55,360 nt of DNA. Origin: Oscillospiraceae bacterium (GTDB taxonomy: Bacteria > Bacillota > Clostridia > Oscillospirales > Ruminococcaceae). The notes below the pieces were generated by a model. The model was not told where the DNA came from. It was given only the letters and a program-made list of their open reading frames with translations, and did no database searches. A program made the translations under genes and the position numbers. Where the stretch lies: the NCBI GenBank assembly GCA_017828855.1, contig JAFZZV010000081.1, positions 1 to 55,360 of the forward strand, given 5' to 3'. Below, one piece after another: positions 15,619 to 26,078 of the stretch; positions within the stretch are counted from its first letter, which is position 1; each line of letters begins with the position of its first letter.

Positions 15619-16912
15619 CCGTGCCGGCTCCGCCAATGTGTTCTCGAACCGGAACTTTTGCCTGTGTTTTATCGGCGCTCTCATATCAGGTCTCGGATCG
15701 GTCCTGTACAGTTTTGCCGTGAGTTTCTATATCCTTGAGATCAGTTCCAACAATGCTTTTCTCCAGGGACTGTATCTCGCTGCATGCGGTGCCGCGCTGG
15801 TCCTCGCCACACCTCTCGGAGGGGTGCTCGGTGACAGGTTCAATAAGGCCAGGATCATGACAGTATGCGACTTCATCAAGGGCGGTATCATCATTCTGTC
15901 CGTGATCATGATGACATTGTTCAGTTCTGCCCGCGCGCAGACGGTCATCCTGTTCATTTCCGGTTTCACAGGCGAATTCGTGACAGGCATATTCAGTCCC
16001 GCTTCAAGCGCTCTTATGCCGTTTATTCTGGATGACAGCCAGCTGCAGCAGGCTGAAGCCTACTCCTCTGTCAGAAGTTCACTGCTGAGCATAGCAGGAA
16101 CCGCCCTGGCCGGGATACTGTATGCCGTCCTTCCTCTTCCGAATCTGCTTCTTTCGGTCGGCGTTTGCAGCATACTGTCCGGTCTGGCAGAGATGTTCAT
16201 TCGTTATGAGCAGGAGACATCGGGAGAAAAGATGAACGGGGGTCTTTTCCTGGCAGACATCAAAGACGGTTTTTCATACCTGAGATCCCAGACAGCCATT
16301 ATGGCACTGATGACCTCCATCCTGTTCATAAACTTCTTCATCTCCCCCATCGGAAACAACTTTATACCTTATTTCATCAAGACAGACGTAGAGAATGCAT
16401 CGTCGTATATATTTGACGGTACGCTTACGCCTGAGATGTGGTCATCCGTATTCGGAATTCTGGTAAGTGCCGGCACCATCATGGGGTCGCTGCTCCTCAG
16501 CATCTCCGAACAGAAGGAGCGATGCGGCAGAAAGACCGCACTGCGCCTTTGTCTGCTGTCTGCTGTTTTTGTTGCGATCACCGCAGGTTACTGGATCCTG
16601 GTCGCGCGTGCTGTTTCACTGAATCTGTTTCTTGTCATGTTCAGCATTTCCCTTTTCATCATAGGATTGCTTATCGGTATCGTCAGCATCTCGATGAGTA
16701 CTGCGATCGTGAGGATGCTTAGAAAAGACAAACTGAGCAAAGCCTCCAGCATATTGACCACGCTCTCTCTCGGTCTTACACCTCTGTCCTCTGTCGCCGG
16801 CGGGATCATACTGCAGTACCTGGGCAGTCCGATTCTGCTGTCTTTCTGCTCTGTCGGCTTTACTGCCGCTGCGCTTCTTCTCCTCTTCAACAGGGAGATA
16901 GACAGTATATAA
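15608..16912 (+). CDS. MFS transporter
   Basis: It has about 12 hydrophobic segments and the MFS loop motif GGVLGDRFNKARIM. The ATG at 15608 has a GGAGGG RBS 9 nt upstream and overlaps the regulator's stop by 11 nt. Confidence 0.85.
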   Translation: MRDDRAGSANVFSNRNFCLCFIGALISGLGSVLYSFAVSFYILEISSNNAFLQGLYLAACGAALVLATPLGGVLGDRFNKARIMTVCDFIKGGIIILSVIMMTLFSSARAQTVILFISGFTGEFVTGIFSPASSALMPFILDDSQLQQAEAYSSVRSSLLSIAGTALAGILYAVLPLPNLLLSVGVCSILSGLAEMFIRYEQETSGEKMNGGLFLADIKDGFSYLRSQTAIMALMTSILFINFFISPIGNNFIPYFIKTDVENASSYIFDGTLTPEMWSSVFGILVSAGTIMGSLLLSISEQKERCGRKTALRLCLLSAVFVAITAGYWILVARAVSLNLFLVMFSISLFIIGLLIGIVSISMSTAIVRMLRKDKLSKASSILTTLSLGLTPLSSVAGGIILQYLGSPILLSFCSVGFTAAALLLLFNREIDSI

Positions 16913-17055
16913 GTTCATGCAGGACCCTGGCCACAGCCGCGGCATTTAAACTGTTTTCGGTTTTTCCGCTTACTGTTAGTATGATGCTGCTTTTTAGAAT
17001 AATTACAAAGACACTATCTACATCAAAATCAAAAAAACAATGATGAAGTCTGTTC

Positions 17056-17064
17056 TGGTATAAT
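17056..17064 (+). promoter_or_regulatory. Extended -10 promoter element (TGgTATAAT)
   Basis: tggtataat lies 59 nt upstream of the dipeptidase ATG. There is no good -35 box. Confidence 0.35.
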
Positions 17065-17122
17065 CAACTTGACCACTTCTGTTACTGCACAAGACCAGAT
17101 CACCACCCCAAAAAGGAGCACC

Positions 17123-18082
17123 ATGAACATCATCGACCTGCATTGCGACACGGTATTGTATTGCTTCGCAAACAAAAAGAACCTTCACACATATGACGGA
17201 CACATCAACCTTGAGAAACTGAAAGCAGGAGGCAGCCTAGCTCAGTGTTTTGCTTTCTTCATCCCACCGCGGGAATTCATGGAAAAGAATCTGGGACACG
17301 TGTACGAACCATGGGATCTGTACAAACAGCTTCTTGGTTACTATCGTGACATCCTTGCTGACGCTTCAGATACGCTGAGGCCCGCATACTCCGGCAGTCA
17401 GATCATTGAAAACAGCAATAACGGGTTTATCTCTGCGATTCTGACGATAGAGGATGCCGTCGAACTCGACGGTAAGATTGAACGGGTGGACGAAGTCTAC
17501 GAGGACGGTGTGCGCATGATAGCGCTGACCTGGAACTTCGAAAACAGTGTCGGTTTCCCGAACAGCCGTGATCCGGAGAAACATCTGAAGTGCGGTCTGA
17601 AACCGTTCGGATTTGAAGTAGTGGAACGCATGAATGAACTCGGGATCATCGTTGATGTCTCGCACCTGTCTGAAGCAGGGTTCTACGACGTTGCAAAGCA
17701 CAGCAAGAAGCCTTTCGCCGCAAGCCACAGCTGCTGCAGGGCACTTAAGGATCATCAGAGAAACCTGACAGACGATCAGCTTAAAGTAATCGGCGACACC
17801 GGAAGCGTAGTCGGGATCAATTTCCATGACCAGTTCCTCAACGAACGAAATGGCTATTCAACCGTAGATGATGTCGTCAGTCATATTCTTCATATTCGCG
17901 ACCACGCAGGCATTGACAGTCTTGCCTTCGGTTCTGATTTCGACGGCATCCCGAGCACTCTTGAATTCGGGGATTACAGCGGCCTACCGCTCATCCTGAA
18001 TGCTCTGGAGAAGCATTTCACCGGTGATGAGATCAACAAGCTGTGTCACGAGAACGCTTTGCGGCTGTTCTCCCAGACGTAA
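17123..18082 (+). CDS. Membrane dipeptidase (peptidase family M19)
   Basis: MNIIDLHCDT..., IALTWNFENS, IVDVSHLS and GSDFDGI are M19 metal-ligand motifs. The ATG at 17123 follows AAAGGAGCACC. Confidence 0.88.
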   Translation: MNIIDLHCDTVLYCFANKKNLHTYDGHINLEKLKAGGSLAQCFAFFIPPREFMEKNLGHVYEPWDLYKQLLGYYRDILADASDTLRPAYSGSQIIENSNNGFISAILTIEDAVELDGKIERVDEVYEDGVRMIALTWNFENSVGFPNSRDPEKHLKCGLKPFGFEVVERMNELGIIVDVSHLSEAGFYDVAKHSKKPFAASHSCCRALKDHQRNLTDDQLKVIGDTGSVVGINFHDQFLNERNGYSTVDDVVSHILHIRDHAGIDSLAFGSDFDGIPSTLEFGDYSGLPLILNALEKHFTGDEINKLCHENALRLFSQT

Positions 18083-18186
18083 TTTCTTCGCGGCAGAACA
18101 ACTCAATAGGCGCAGCGTCAAAATGTACAGCGACCGCCTTCTTTATAGTCCAGCAGACGATCCCCTAAACCATAGGCCCAAAAAAC

Positions 18187-18226
18187 GGACCCACCCTTAC
18201 ATGCAAAAAGCATGTCGGGTGGGTCC
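18187..18226. terminator. Bidirectional terminator hairpin
   Basis: Stem ggacccaccc / gggtgggtcc, with an A-tract before it and ttgttcgttt after it, between convergent genes. Confidence 0.7.
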
Positions 18227-18245
18227 TTGTTCGTTTATACAGATA

Positions 18246-20003
18246 TCAGATCTTGCAGAGTTCAACGAATTCATCTATCTCATCCGCGAGGATCTGCAGG
18301 GATGAGCGCCAGAACTCCTTGTCAGTCAGGTCGATGCCGGCGACTTCCGCTGCTCCTTCCACCGTCGTCGTACCGGTAGCCTTGAGCAGTTCCTTATAGA
18401 GAGGAACAAATGCCTCTCCTTCCTGCAGGTATTTGGCGTAAAGACCTCTCGCAAACAATCCGCCGAAAGCATACGGCCAGTTGTAGTAACTGAGTCCGCC
18501 TCCGTAATAATGGCTCTTGCACGCCCACATGTAAGGATGAAGCACCTCGTGATCCAGTCCGTCACCGTATGCTTTCTTCTGTGCGTCTACCATGAGCTCG
18601 CAGAGGCGGTCTGCGAACATGAAGCCGTCCTCCCTGTTGTCGAACACGGACTTCTCGAAAAGATAGCGCGAATAGATATCGACTATTATCTGATTTGCGT
18701 CCATCAGCTGGCTCTCGATCAGAGCCCGGCGTGCGACTGGGTCCTTTTCCGCCCTGATCGCAGCGTTCATGCAGACAACTTCGTTGAAGGTGGAAGCTGT
18801 CTCTGCCACAGGCATAGATACATCGATATTCAGGATGGAGTTGTTCCTGAGACAGTAGTTATGGAAAGCGTGTCCCAGCTCATGTGCAAGCGTCACGACA
18901 TCTCCGAGCGTCCCGCCGAAGTTGGTAAGCACGCGGCTCTGCTGGTGAGTGTGCACCGGAGCGCAGAACGCTCCGCCCACCTTCCCGTCATGCGGATAGA
19001 AATCGATCCAGGCTTCGTCAAAAGCTCTGGCTATCATGTCAGTCTCTTCCCGATCGAATCCCGAGAACAACTTCACCAGATAGTTTTTCGCGTCTTCAGT
19101 AGTGTACTCGTCGTGGTTGCCCTCAAGAGGTGCGAAGAGATCATAGAACGGGAGACCGTTCTCGTGCCCCAGCAGCCTGGCTTTGGCTTTCATGTACTCC
19201 CAAAACTTAGGGAGATACTCCTCCATTGCCCCCAGCAGCGCATCCAGTGTCTCCTTCTTCATGTTGGAGATATGCAGCGTCTCATCCAGAGGTGATTCAT
19301 ATCCGCGAAGTTTGCAGCGGTTGATCACTTCCAGCTTGATGGAGTTGAGGGAATATGCGATACCGTCCTTGATCCTGTCATATGCTTTGATCTCCGCTTC
19401 ATAAGCGCTCTTTCTGACCTCGGGATCAGGATCGTAAGCCTTGTTGCGGATATCGGAGAGCGTCGTGATCTCACCCTTGTACTCGACCGGAACCGTGGAG
19501 GTCAGAAATCCCTGCATGTCTGACCAAGCGTCAGAACCACTGATCTCATACAGACTGATCACCTCCTCTACCTCGGGAGACAGCGTGTATTTTGCCTTAT
19601 CCTTGATGTTTTTGAGATAGAATTCATGTTCTTTCAGAAGCTCATCATCACCGATCACTGCGTCAAGATCATCGATCGCCGCGACGTATTTGGTGAATTT
19701 CGTTCCCGGTCCTGCAAGAGCAGCCAGCTTCTGCGAGAACCTTCCGGACGCTGCTGTAGCTTCGGCATCGGAGGTATTGACGCTCTGCCTGAGCATCGAG
19801 TAGCCGAACAGATCTTCCGCTACAGCATCAAGCTCCAGCTCCAGCGTGAGTCCTTTCTTGATGACTTCAGCCGGATCCCCGCTCAGATCCTCCGAGAAAC
19901 GGATGGTCTCTGCGATAAGTTCATCCAGCCTCGCCTCATCGGCTGCGAACTTCGGTTCATCATAGCCCTTATAATAAACTTCAAGCGACCAGTCTTTGTT
20001 CAT
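18246..20003 (-). CDS. pepF: Oligoendopeptidase F (peptidase family M3B)
   Basis: 585 aa with the zinc motif HELGHAFH and M3B-like overall length. The RBS is AAAAGGAGTTATATAG-ATG. Confidence 0.9.
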   Translation of the reverse strand: MNKDWSLEVYYKGYDEPKFAADEARLDELIAETIRFSEDLSGDPAEVIKKGLTLELELDAVAEDLFGYSMLRQSVNTSDAEATAASGRFSQKLAALAGPGTKFTKYVAAIDDLDAVIGDDELLKEHEFYLKNIKDKAKYTLSPEVEEVISLYEISGSDAWSDMQGFLTSTVPVEYKGEITTLSDIRNKAYDPDPEVRKSAYEAEIKAYDRIKDGIAYSLNSIKLEVINRCKLRGYESPLDETLHISNMKKETLDALLGAMEEYLPKFWEYMKAKARLLGHENGLPFYDLFAPLEGNHDEYTTEDAKNYLVKLFSGFDREETDMIARAFDEAWIDFYPHDGKVGGAFCAPVHTHQQSRVLTNFGGTLGDVVTLAHELGHAFHNYCLRNNSILNIDVSMPVAETASTFNEVVCMNAAIRAEKDPVARRALIESQLMDANQIIVDIYSRYLFEKSVFDNREDGFMFADRLCELMVDAQKKAYGDGLDHEVLHPYMWACKSHYYGGGLSYYNWPYAFGGLFARGLYAKYLQEGEAFVPLYKELLKATGTTTVEGAAEVAGIDLTDKEFWRSSLQILADEIDEFVELCKI

Positions 20004-20023
20004 CTATATAACTCCTTTTGAGG

Positions 20024-21367
20024 TTATTTCTCCATGTTGTCAATGTCAGGGAGCGTCTTGTGCCACAGTTTCTTCTCGAACTGCCAGACCCCCAGCAAGC
20101 CGCGGAACCACTCATCTGCCGCCTGTCCGACCCAGAGTCCTACCACTCCCATGCCCAGCGCCATGGTGCAGACATATCCGAGACCGACATCAAGTACCCA
20201 GATTCCCGCCGCAGCTATGACCATCGGCCAGAACACGAATCCGGCTCCCCTTAAGCCGAACACGTATGAGTGGTTCATGCTCCTCGCGATGCATGTGATT
20301 ATATCTATCGTGAACAGCGGTCTGGCGATAGCCTTGATGGTTTCCGATTCTGTGAATATCCCCATCAGCTGATCGCAGAACAGCCTGCACGTGATCCCTC
20401 CGACCAGATTGAAGGTCAGCACCGCGATGAATGCATGCCTGATGAAGCGGTGCGCTTCGTCCAGTTTCCTCGCTCCCATATAGTGTCCGGCGATGATCTG
20501 GGCTGCCTGCCCGATGCAGATCCCGGCGATATACGGATAGTTGTTGATAGTCTGAGTGTATATCTTTGCGGAGAGGACATCGGTGGAGAATCCCGTCACG
20601 AAGCGCGTAGTGACCATTTGGGCAAGCATATAGCAGATGCCTTCCATACTGCACATGATCCCTACCTTCATGACCTCAAGGATGGTCTTCCAGTCTATAT
20701 CAAAGAGATCCTTCGTCTGCTGTCCCCACTTCTGTCTCATGAACAGGCTGAGGATCATGATCAGACCTACTGTCTCGGAAATGAGACGTACATATGCGAT
20801 CCCTTCAACCCCGCCCACAGGAGTCTTTCCGGTGACCACGAGCCACGACCCCGCAAGATTCACGATATTGGTCACTATAACGACCAGCATCGGTATCGTG
20901 GAACTGCCGTGGCAGCGGAAATGAGTGGAAGTCATGGACGAGATGAACTGGAACAGGCATGAGGATCCCAGGATCCTAAGATACACGGTCCCGTCAGGAG
21001 TGAGTTCCTCCGAGAGGCCCATGAACCCGATCATCTCCCTGGCGAAAATGACCGTAAGGATGCTCATCAGAAAGCCCAGGATCGCAGTTACGGAATAACT
21101 GTTCATCATCAGTTTGCCGGATTCCCTCTCCTTACCCGCTCCCAGGAGCTGGTTCTCCATGATCGCAGTTCCCGACGACATCATGAAGGATGCTATGATC
21201 ACGACATTCAGGACCTGGCTCGCCACTCCCACTGCAGCAGAAGCGCTGTCCGAGACGCGGCTCAGCATGAATGTGTTTACGGTTCCCATAAGGGAACGGA
21301 GTATCTGCTCCACAAAGATCGGCACCGCGATCCGGAAGACGTCTACCCAGGTATACTTCTTTTCCAT
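20024..21367 (-). CDS. MATE-family efflux transporter
   Basis: 447 aa with about 12 TM segments. The N-terminus VPIFVEQILRSLMGTVNTFMLSRVSD is typical of MatE repeats. The RBS is TAAGGAGCTCAA-ATG. Confidence 0.88.
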   Translation of the reverse strand: MEKKYTWVDVFRIAVPIFVEQILRSLMGTVNTFMLSRVSDSASAAVGVASQVLNVVIIASFMMSSGTAIMENQLLGAGKERESGKLMMNSYSVTAILGFLMSILTVIFAREMIGFMGLSEELTPDGTVYLRILGSSCLFQFISSMTSTHFRCHGSSTIPMLVVIVTNIVNLAGSWLVVTGKTPVGGVEGIAYVRLISETVGLIMILSLFMRQKWGQQTKDLFDIDWKTILEVMKVGIMCSMEGICYMLAQMVTTRFVTGFSTDVLSAKIYTQTINNYPYIAGICIGQAAQIIAGHYMGARKLDEAHRFIRHAFIAVLTFNLVGGITCRLFCDQLMGIFTESETIKAIARPLFTIDIITCIARSMNHSYVFGLRGAGFVFWPMVIAAAGIWVLDVGLGYVCTMALGMGVVGLWVGQAADEWFRGLLGVWQFEKKLWHKTLPDIDNMEK

Positions 21368-21533
21368 TTGAGCTCCTTATGCCTTGCAGCCTGTTTTCTC
21401 TCTTTCTGTCTTATCCTGCCGCGCAGACCTCTCCGCACCTGCAGGATATTTCTGTTGTTTCTATTATATTATGACCTTTTTCCGTTTTGAACGAACTCTC
21501 CTCGGGAACCTGTTCCGCGGATAGGTCCTTCCT

Positions 21534-22352
21534 CTATATGCACAGACCTCTGATGGCGTCCATATCTTCATCGCTTATACTGAATCCGAACACATCTATA
21601 TTGTCTTTCTGGTGGGCGGGGTCATGTGATTTCGGAATAGAGATCACGCCGTTCCTCCAGTTATAGTTAAGCAGGAGCTTTGACCAGGACACTCCGTATC
21701 TGCCGGCGATCTGAGCGAGTTCATCCCGCCCGCGGCTGAAGTTCAGCGGACCCCAAGCCATGGGAACGATCCCGTTCCTTCGGCAATAATCTACGGTTTC
21801 GCTGCTCGGTGTCTCCGGGTTTATGCGGATCTGATCTATGACCGGCTTTACTCTGCAGAACGAGAGCAACTCGTCAAGATCTTTCGGCGTGAAGTTGCAC
21901 ACGCCGATATTGCGCAAAACGCCTCTGTCATACTGCTCCTCGAACACAGCCCATATCTCTCTCAGCTCTTCCGGTGTATTAACCGGATGGTGCATCATGT
22001 AGACATCGATATAGTCCGTTTTGAGTTTGTCCAGACTCCTGGCTATCGCATCCTCTGTCTCTTTTCTTCCCAGAACGGGATCTGTTCCTTCCCGGCTCTT
22101 TATCTTCATCTTGGTCTCGATGAAAAACTCACTGCGGCTGATCCCGCTGTCTCTGACTGCCGTTCCGATGACCTCCTCGTTGCCGTAGCTCTCGGCAGTA
22201 TCGAACAGTCTGTAACCCGCCTCTATACAGGAATTCATCTCCTTCGTAGTGCCGGTGTATATTCCGGCGAATCCTCCCTCCTTACCGAAGGAGTTGGTCC
22301 CGGAGCCTATTGCCGGGATCCTGTTTCCGTTATTCAGTGTGAAATATTCCAT
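21534..22352 (-). CDS. Aldo/keto reductase
   Basis: 272 aa with FTLNNGNRIPAIGSGT, FDTAESYGNE and IPKSHDPAHQKDN (AKR active-site/cofactor motifs). The RBS is AGGAGGATCAT-ATG. Confidence 0.88.
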   Translation of the reverse strand: MEYFTLNNGNRIPAIGSGTNSFGKEGGFAGIYTGTTKEMNSCIEAGYRLFDTAESYGNEEVIGTAVRDSGISRSEFFIETKMKIKSREGTDPVLGRKETEDAIARSLDKLKTDYIDVYMMHHPVNTPEELREIWAVFEEQYDRGVLRNIGVCNFTPKDLDELLSFCRVKPVIDQIRINPETPSSETVDYCRRNGIVPMAWGPLNFSRGRDELAQIAGRYGVSWSKLLLNYNWRNGVISIPKSHDPAHQKDNIDVFGFSISDEDMDAIRGLCI

Positions 22353-22483
22353 GATGATCCTCCTAAAAGAATGCTTTTCCCCTGATTTAGTATAACACCC
22401 CGCATTTCGAAGTGCGCTGCCTCGTTAACCGTGAAGACTCATATGGTGGTATACTGAAAGAGCAGAAAGTGAGGTATTGCGAA

Positions 22484-23734
22484 TTGAATTATCTGGATGA
22501 AAGCATTTCCCTGGTCGCCGAAACGGACCCCGAGGTAGCACATTCTATTCAGCTGGAACTGAACAGGCAGAGAAGCAATATCGAGCTTATAGCTTCCGAG
22601 AACATCGTGTCTCCGGCTGTTCTTGCCGCCATGGGAAGCGTACTCACTAACAAATATGCCGAAGGTTATCCCGGAAACCGCTACTACGGAGGATGTGATT
22701 TCGTCGACGAGATCGAAACACTGGCGATCGAACGCGCAAAGAAACTGTTCGGGGCAGAACATGCCAACGTTCAGCCGCATTCCGGTGCGCAGGCCAACCT
22801 TGCCGCCTATCAGGCAGTCCTCTCTCCGGGGGACAAGGTCTTCGGGCTGAGCCTGGCTGCAGGCGGACACCTGACTCACGGAGCCCCTGCAAATGCATCT
22901 GGAAAACTGTATGATTTCACGCAGTACGGCACCGATCCGGACACCGGGCTGATCGATTACGATCTGCTGGCTGAGCGCGTAACCGACGAAAAGCCGAAAC
23001 TGGTCGTGGCGGGGGCCAGCGCGTATCCCCGCATCATAGATTTCGAGCGTATCGGCAGGATCGCGCATGACAACGGTGCCTTGTTCATGGTGGATATGGC
23101 ACATATCGCCGGCCTTGTCGCTTCCGGAGACCATCCCAGTCCGGTTCCCTATGCCGATATAGTGACTACAACTACACACAAAACGCTCCGCGGTCCCAGA
23201 GGCGGAATGATCCTCTGCAGGTCCGAATTCTCGAAAAAAATCGATCATGCCATTTTCCCGGGTTCCCAGGGAGGTCCTCTGGAACATGTAATAGCGGGAA
23301 AAGCGGTCTGCTTCCGTGAGGCTCTTGCTCCAGAATTCAAGGAATACCAGCACCGGATAGTACGCAACTCCAAAGCTCTGGCTGAATCGCTGCTTGAAAA
23401 GGGTTTCAGACTCGTGACCGGCGGGACAGACAATCACATGTCCCTTATTGATCTCAGACCTCTTGGAGTGACGGGAATCGAAATGCAGCACAGACTGGAC
23501 TCAGTCAGGATAACTGCAAACAAGAACGCCGTACCGAACGATTCTCAGAAAGCCTCCGTGACGAGCGGCCTCAGAGTTGGCACACCGGCCGTCACCACAA
23601 GAGGCTTTAATGAAGACGACATGTGCGAGATCGCTGAACTCATCTACCTGACAGCATCGCGGTACTATGAAAAGAAGGACGAGATAATCGAGCGCGTAAA
23701 AGTTCTATGTGACGCCCATCCGATATATGGTTGA
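22484..23734 (+). CDS. glyA: Serine hydroxymethyltransferase
   Basis: [35 protein letters not shown] and [14 protein letters not shown] (PLP lysine). There is no in-frame ATG near the N-terminus. I chose the TTG at 22484 (GTGAGG 9 nt upstream, giving 416 aa). GTG at 22469 or 22412 remain possible. Confidence 0.9.
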   Translation: MNYLDESISLVAETDPEVAHSIQLELNRQRSNIELIASENIVSPAVLAAMGSVLTNKYAEGYPGNRYYGGCDFVDEIETLAIERAKKLFGAEHANVQPHSGAQANLAAYQAVLSPGDKVFGLSLAAGGHLTHGAPANASGKLYDFTQYGTDPDTGLIDYDLLAERVTDEKPKLVVAGASAYPRIIDFERIGRIAHDNGALFMVDMAHIAGLVASGDHPSPVPYADIVTTTTHKTLRGPRGGMILCRSEFSKKIDHAIFPGSQGGPLEHVIAGKAVCFREALAPEFKEYQHRIVRNSKALAESLLEKGFRLVTGGTDNHMSLIDLRPLGVTGIEMQHRLDSVRITANKNAVPNDSQKASVTSGLRVGTPAVTTRGFNEDDMCEIAELIYLTASRYYEKKDEIIERVKVLCDAHPIYG

Positions 23735-23740
23735 TATTTA

Positions 23741-23780
23741 GAGCCTTCCCGAAGATCGGCTAGGGAAGGCTCCTGTTTTC
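23741..23780 (+). terminator. Rho-independent terminator after glyA
   Basis: Stem gagccttccc / gggaaggctc followed by ctgttttc. Confidence 0.8.
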
Positions 23781-23812
23781 TGCTTATTTGCCCTGTCTCA
23801 GGAGGCAACGAT

Positions 23813-24319
23813 TTGAAAAAAGCAAAATCCGTCAGGCTGTACAATGTGTTGTTCCCAATCTTTATTCTGGTCTCGATCCCGTCTCCGCTCTGGCTCATAC
23901 TGATACCTCTGAATTACCTGTGGGACAGGTTCATTCTGTCCAGAAGCCTGAAGGATCTGGACGATCTCGAACTGCTCTGTTCCAAGACCTCCTGGAAGAT
24001 ATGTCTTGCCGGTTTTCTCTCGGATATAGCCGGAGGAGCATTCCTGTTCCTGGTGATGATCCTTTCGGATAAACTGTTCCCTGATTTTTCGGACCGCATC
24101 GGATACGGTCTTTCAATGGATCCTTTTTACAATATCGAGAGTTTTCTGACCACGTTTTCCGCAGTAGTTCTGTCCGCTCTTCTCATCTATATTGCGGACA
24201 AAACCATCCTGAAAAAAGCCGGCCTTGACCTTCAATCTGCCTCCCGCGCGGCGCGTGATCTGGCTCTGTTCACCGCTCCGTGGCTGTTCTTTATCCCCTC
24301 CAGATGGATCTACAGATGA
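23813..24319 (+). CDS. Hypothetical integral membrane protein
   Basis: 168 aa with four hydrophobic segments. The TTG start lies 7 nt after AGGAGG. No recognisable family. Confidence 0.55.
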   Translation: MKKAKSVRLYNVLFPIFILVSIPSPLWLILIPLNYLWDRFILSRSLKDLDDLELLCSKTSWKICLAGFLSDIAGGAFLFLVMILSDKLFPDFSDRIGYGLSMDPFYNIESFLTTFSAVVLSALLIYIADKTILKKAGLDLQSASRAARDLALFTAPWLFFIPSRWIYR

Positions 24320-24402
24320 CCTCTTAGAAAAAAGAGGCCTTTTCTTTTATTCTGCGTATTATTGTTTAGCAGAAAAAACAGTGCATTCAGGAGGCAGTAT
24401 AC

Positions 24403-25473
24403 ATGAGCGAAAAGAAGGACAAAGTCAGGGCTCTCATTGAAAAGGGCAAGAGAGACGGCAAGCTCTCCGGTTCGGAGATCAATACCATCCTTGAAGATCT
24501 CGACTTCGAAGAGGAAGAGATCGACAAGCTCTACGATACCTTTGAGAGACATGATATCGAGATAGTGGAGGATTATGATACCGAGCAGGAAGATTCCTCC
24601 ATGCAGCAGGAGCAGGACGATACAGCGATAGCTGACCTGTCCTATGCCACCGATGACAGCGTAAAGATGTACTTCAAGGAGATGGGCAGATATCATCTGC
24701 TTGCTCCGGACGAAGAGCTTGAACTTGCAAGGAAGGCGAAGGACGGGGATCTTAAAGCAAGGCAGTTCCTTGCGGAATCCAATCTGAGGCTCGTCGTGTC
24801 GATCGCAAAAAGATATATCGGGAGAGGCCTTCCTCTTTCGGATCTGATACAGGAAGGCAACCTCGGCCTGATCAAGGCGATAGAGAAATTCGACTACACA
24901 AAGGGATTCCGCTTCTCGACATACGCGACATGGTGGATCAGACAGGCTGTCACCAGAGCCATCGCAGACGACGGCAGGACCATCAGGGTACCTGTCCATA
25001 TGGTCGAATCCATCAACAAATACAAGAAAGCAGCTGCCAGACTGACTTCCGAGACCGGCCGTGAACCTACGACTTCCGAGCTTGCCGAGGCACTCGGCCT
25101 GACAGAGGAAAAAGTCAAGGAGATCATCAAAGCGTCACAGGACACTGTTTCCCTTGACTCCCCTGTAGGTGAAGAGGAGGACAGCACTCTATCTGACTTC
25201 GTGGCGGATGATAAGGAGGTCACCCTGAGCGATTCGGTCGATCAGACTCTCCTCAAAGAGCAGCTTTCTGAGGCTCTGTCTATCCTTTCCAAGAGGGAGG
25301 AGGATGTCATCAGAATGCGTTTCGGGCTTGACGACGGCAACCCGAAGACTCTCGAGCAGGTTGGCAAGAAGCTCGGTGTCACCAGAGAGAGGATCAGGCA
25401 GATCGAAGCAAAGGCTCTCCGTCGCCTGAGGATCCCGCTCGCCAAGATGGGCTTCTCCGAATACGTCAAGTAA
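24403..25473 (+). CDS. rpoD: RNA polymerase primary-type sigma-70 factor
   Basis: It has an acidic region 1, region 2 ([35 protein letters not shown]), region 3, and region 4 ([27 protein letters not shown]). The RBS is AGGAGGCAGTATAC-ATG. Confidence 0.92.
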   Translation: MSEKKDKVRALIEKGKRDGKLSGSEINTILEDLDFEEEEIDKLYDTFERHDIEIVEDYDTEQEDSSMQQEQDDTAIADLSYATDDSVKMYFKEMGRYHLLAPDEELELARKAKDGDLKARQFLAESNLRLVVSIAKRYIGRGLPLSDLIQEGNLGLIKAIEKFDYTKGFRFSTYATWWIRQAVTRAIADDGRTIRVPVHMVESINKYKKAAARLTSETGREPTTSELAEALGLTEEKVKEIIKASQDTVSLDSPVGEEEDSTLSDFVADDKEVTLSDSVDQTLLKEQLSEALSILSKREEDVIRMRFGLDDGNPKTLEQVGKKLGVTRERIRQIEAKALRRLRIPLAKMGFSEYVK

Positions 25474-25490
25474 ATATACCGGACAGAAAA

Positions 25491-25540
25491 AGCTCCTGTC
25501 TCTCATCATCCGTAAGGATATGAGGCAGGAGCTGTTTTTC
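25491..25540. terminator. Bidirectional terminator hairpin
   Basis: Outer stem agctcctg / caggagct with inner pairing, an A-tract upstream and gttttt downstream, between convergent genes. Confidence 0.65.
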
Positions 25541-25562
25541 TGCAATTTTTTCAGCTGTCAGC

Positions 25563-26078
25563 TTACGTATGAGCGGAATCGTAGAGGTCCATGAACAAAG
25601 CCGCAACTTCTCCGCTGAACTCCGAGTAATTATCCGGCCAGGCCATATAGCTGTGCGCTGACAGGTATTCTCCGTTCTCCATCTTTATGGTCAGGGAGAA
25701 ACCATGCCCATCCAGCACCTGCTTGTTGCTCAGCGAGAATCCGTTCCACTTTTTTACGTTGTTCCTCTCAACTATCTCGTCCAGTTTCCTGAGGAACGAC
25801 TCATCCGTGACGAACTCCTCGGCGTCTTCTTCAGCGACTTCGTCGAGCCTTATCCTGACAACGACTTTGCCGTCCTTCAGTTGAGCTTCGTACGTGGTGC
25901 CCGAATTCATATAGGACCCGCCTGACGCGTTGAACCGGAACGAAACTATCGGCGCCATCTTGATCCTTTTGCCTCCCCGGCTTCCCGAATACATGGAAAA
26001 CCGCAGAATGACCGTGAAAGCAATGACAACTGCCAATAGTACAGCGCTTACGATTCCCAGTATCTTAAGGATCCTCAT
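25563..26078 (-). CDS. Hypothetical membrane-anchored protein
   Basis: 171 aa with an N-terminal TM/signal anchor (ILGIVSAVLLAVVIAFTVIL). Its ATG overlaps the stop of the upstream isomerase gene (ATGA), implying co-translation. No recognisable family. Confidence 0.6.
   Translation of the reverse strand: MRILKILGIVSAVLLAVVIAFTVILRFSMYSGSRGGKRIKMAPIVSFRFNASGGSYMNSGTTYEAQLKDGKVVVRIRLDEVAEEDAEEFVTDESFLRKLDEIVERNNVKKWNGFSLSNKQVLDGHGFSLTIKMENGEYLSAHSYMAWPDNYSEFSGEVAALFMDLYDSAHT

Noticed and set aside
22412-22483. N-terminal 24-codon extension of glyA in the ORF track (GTG at 22412)
   Set aside because: The extension ([24 protein letters not shown]) has no counterpart in SHMT proteins and no RBS. 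The TTG at 22484 with an upstream GAGG gives a normal-length SHMT. The start remains uncertain without N-terminal data.
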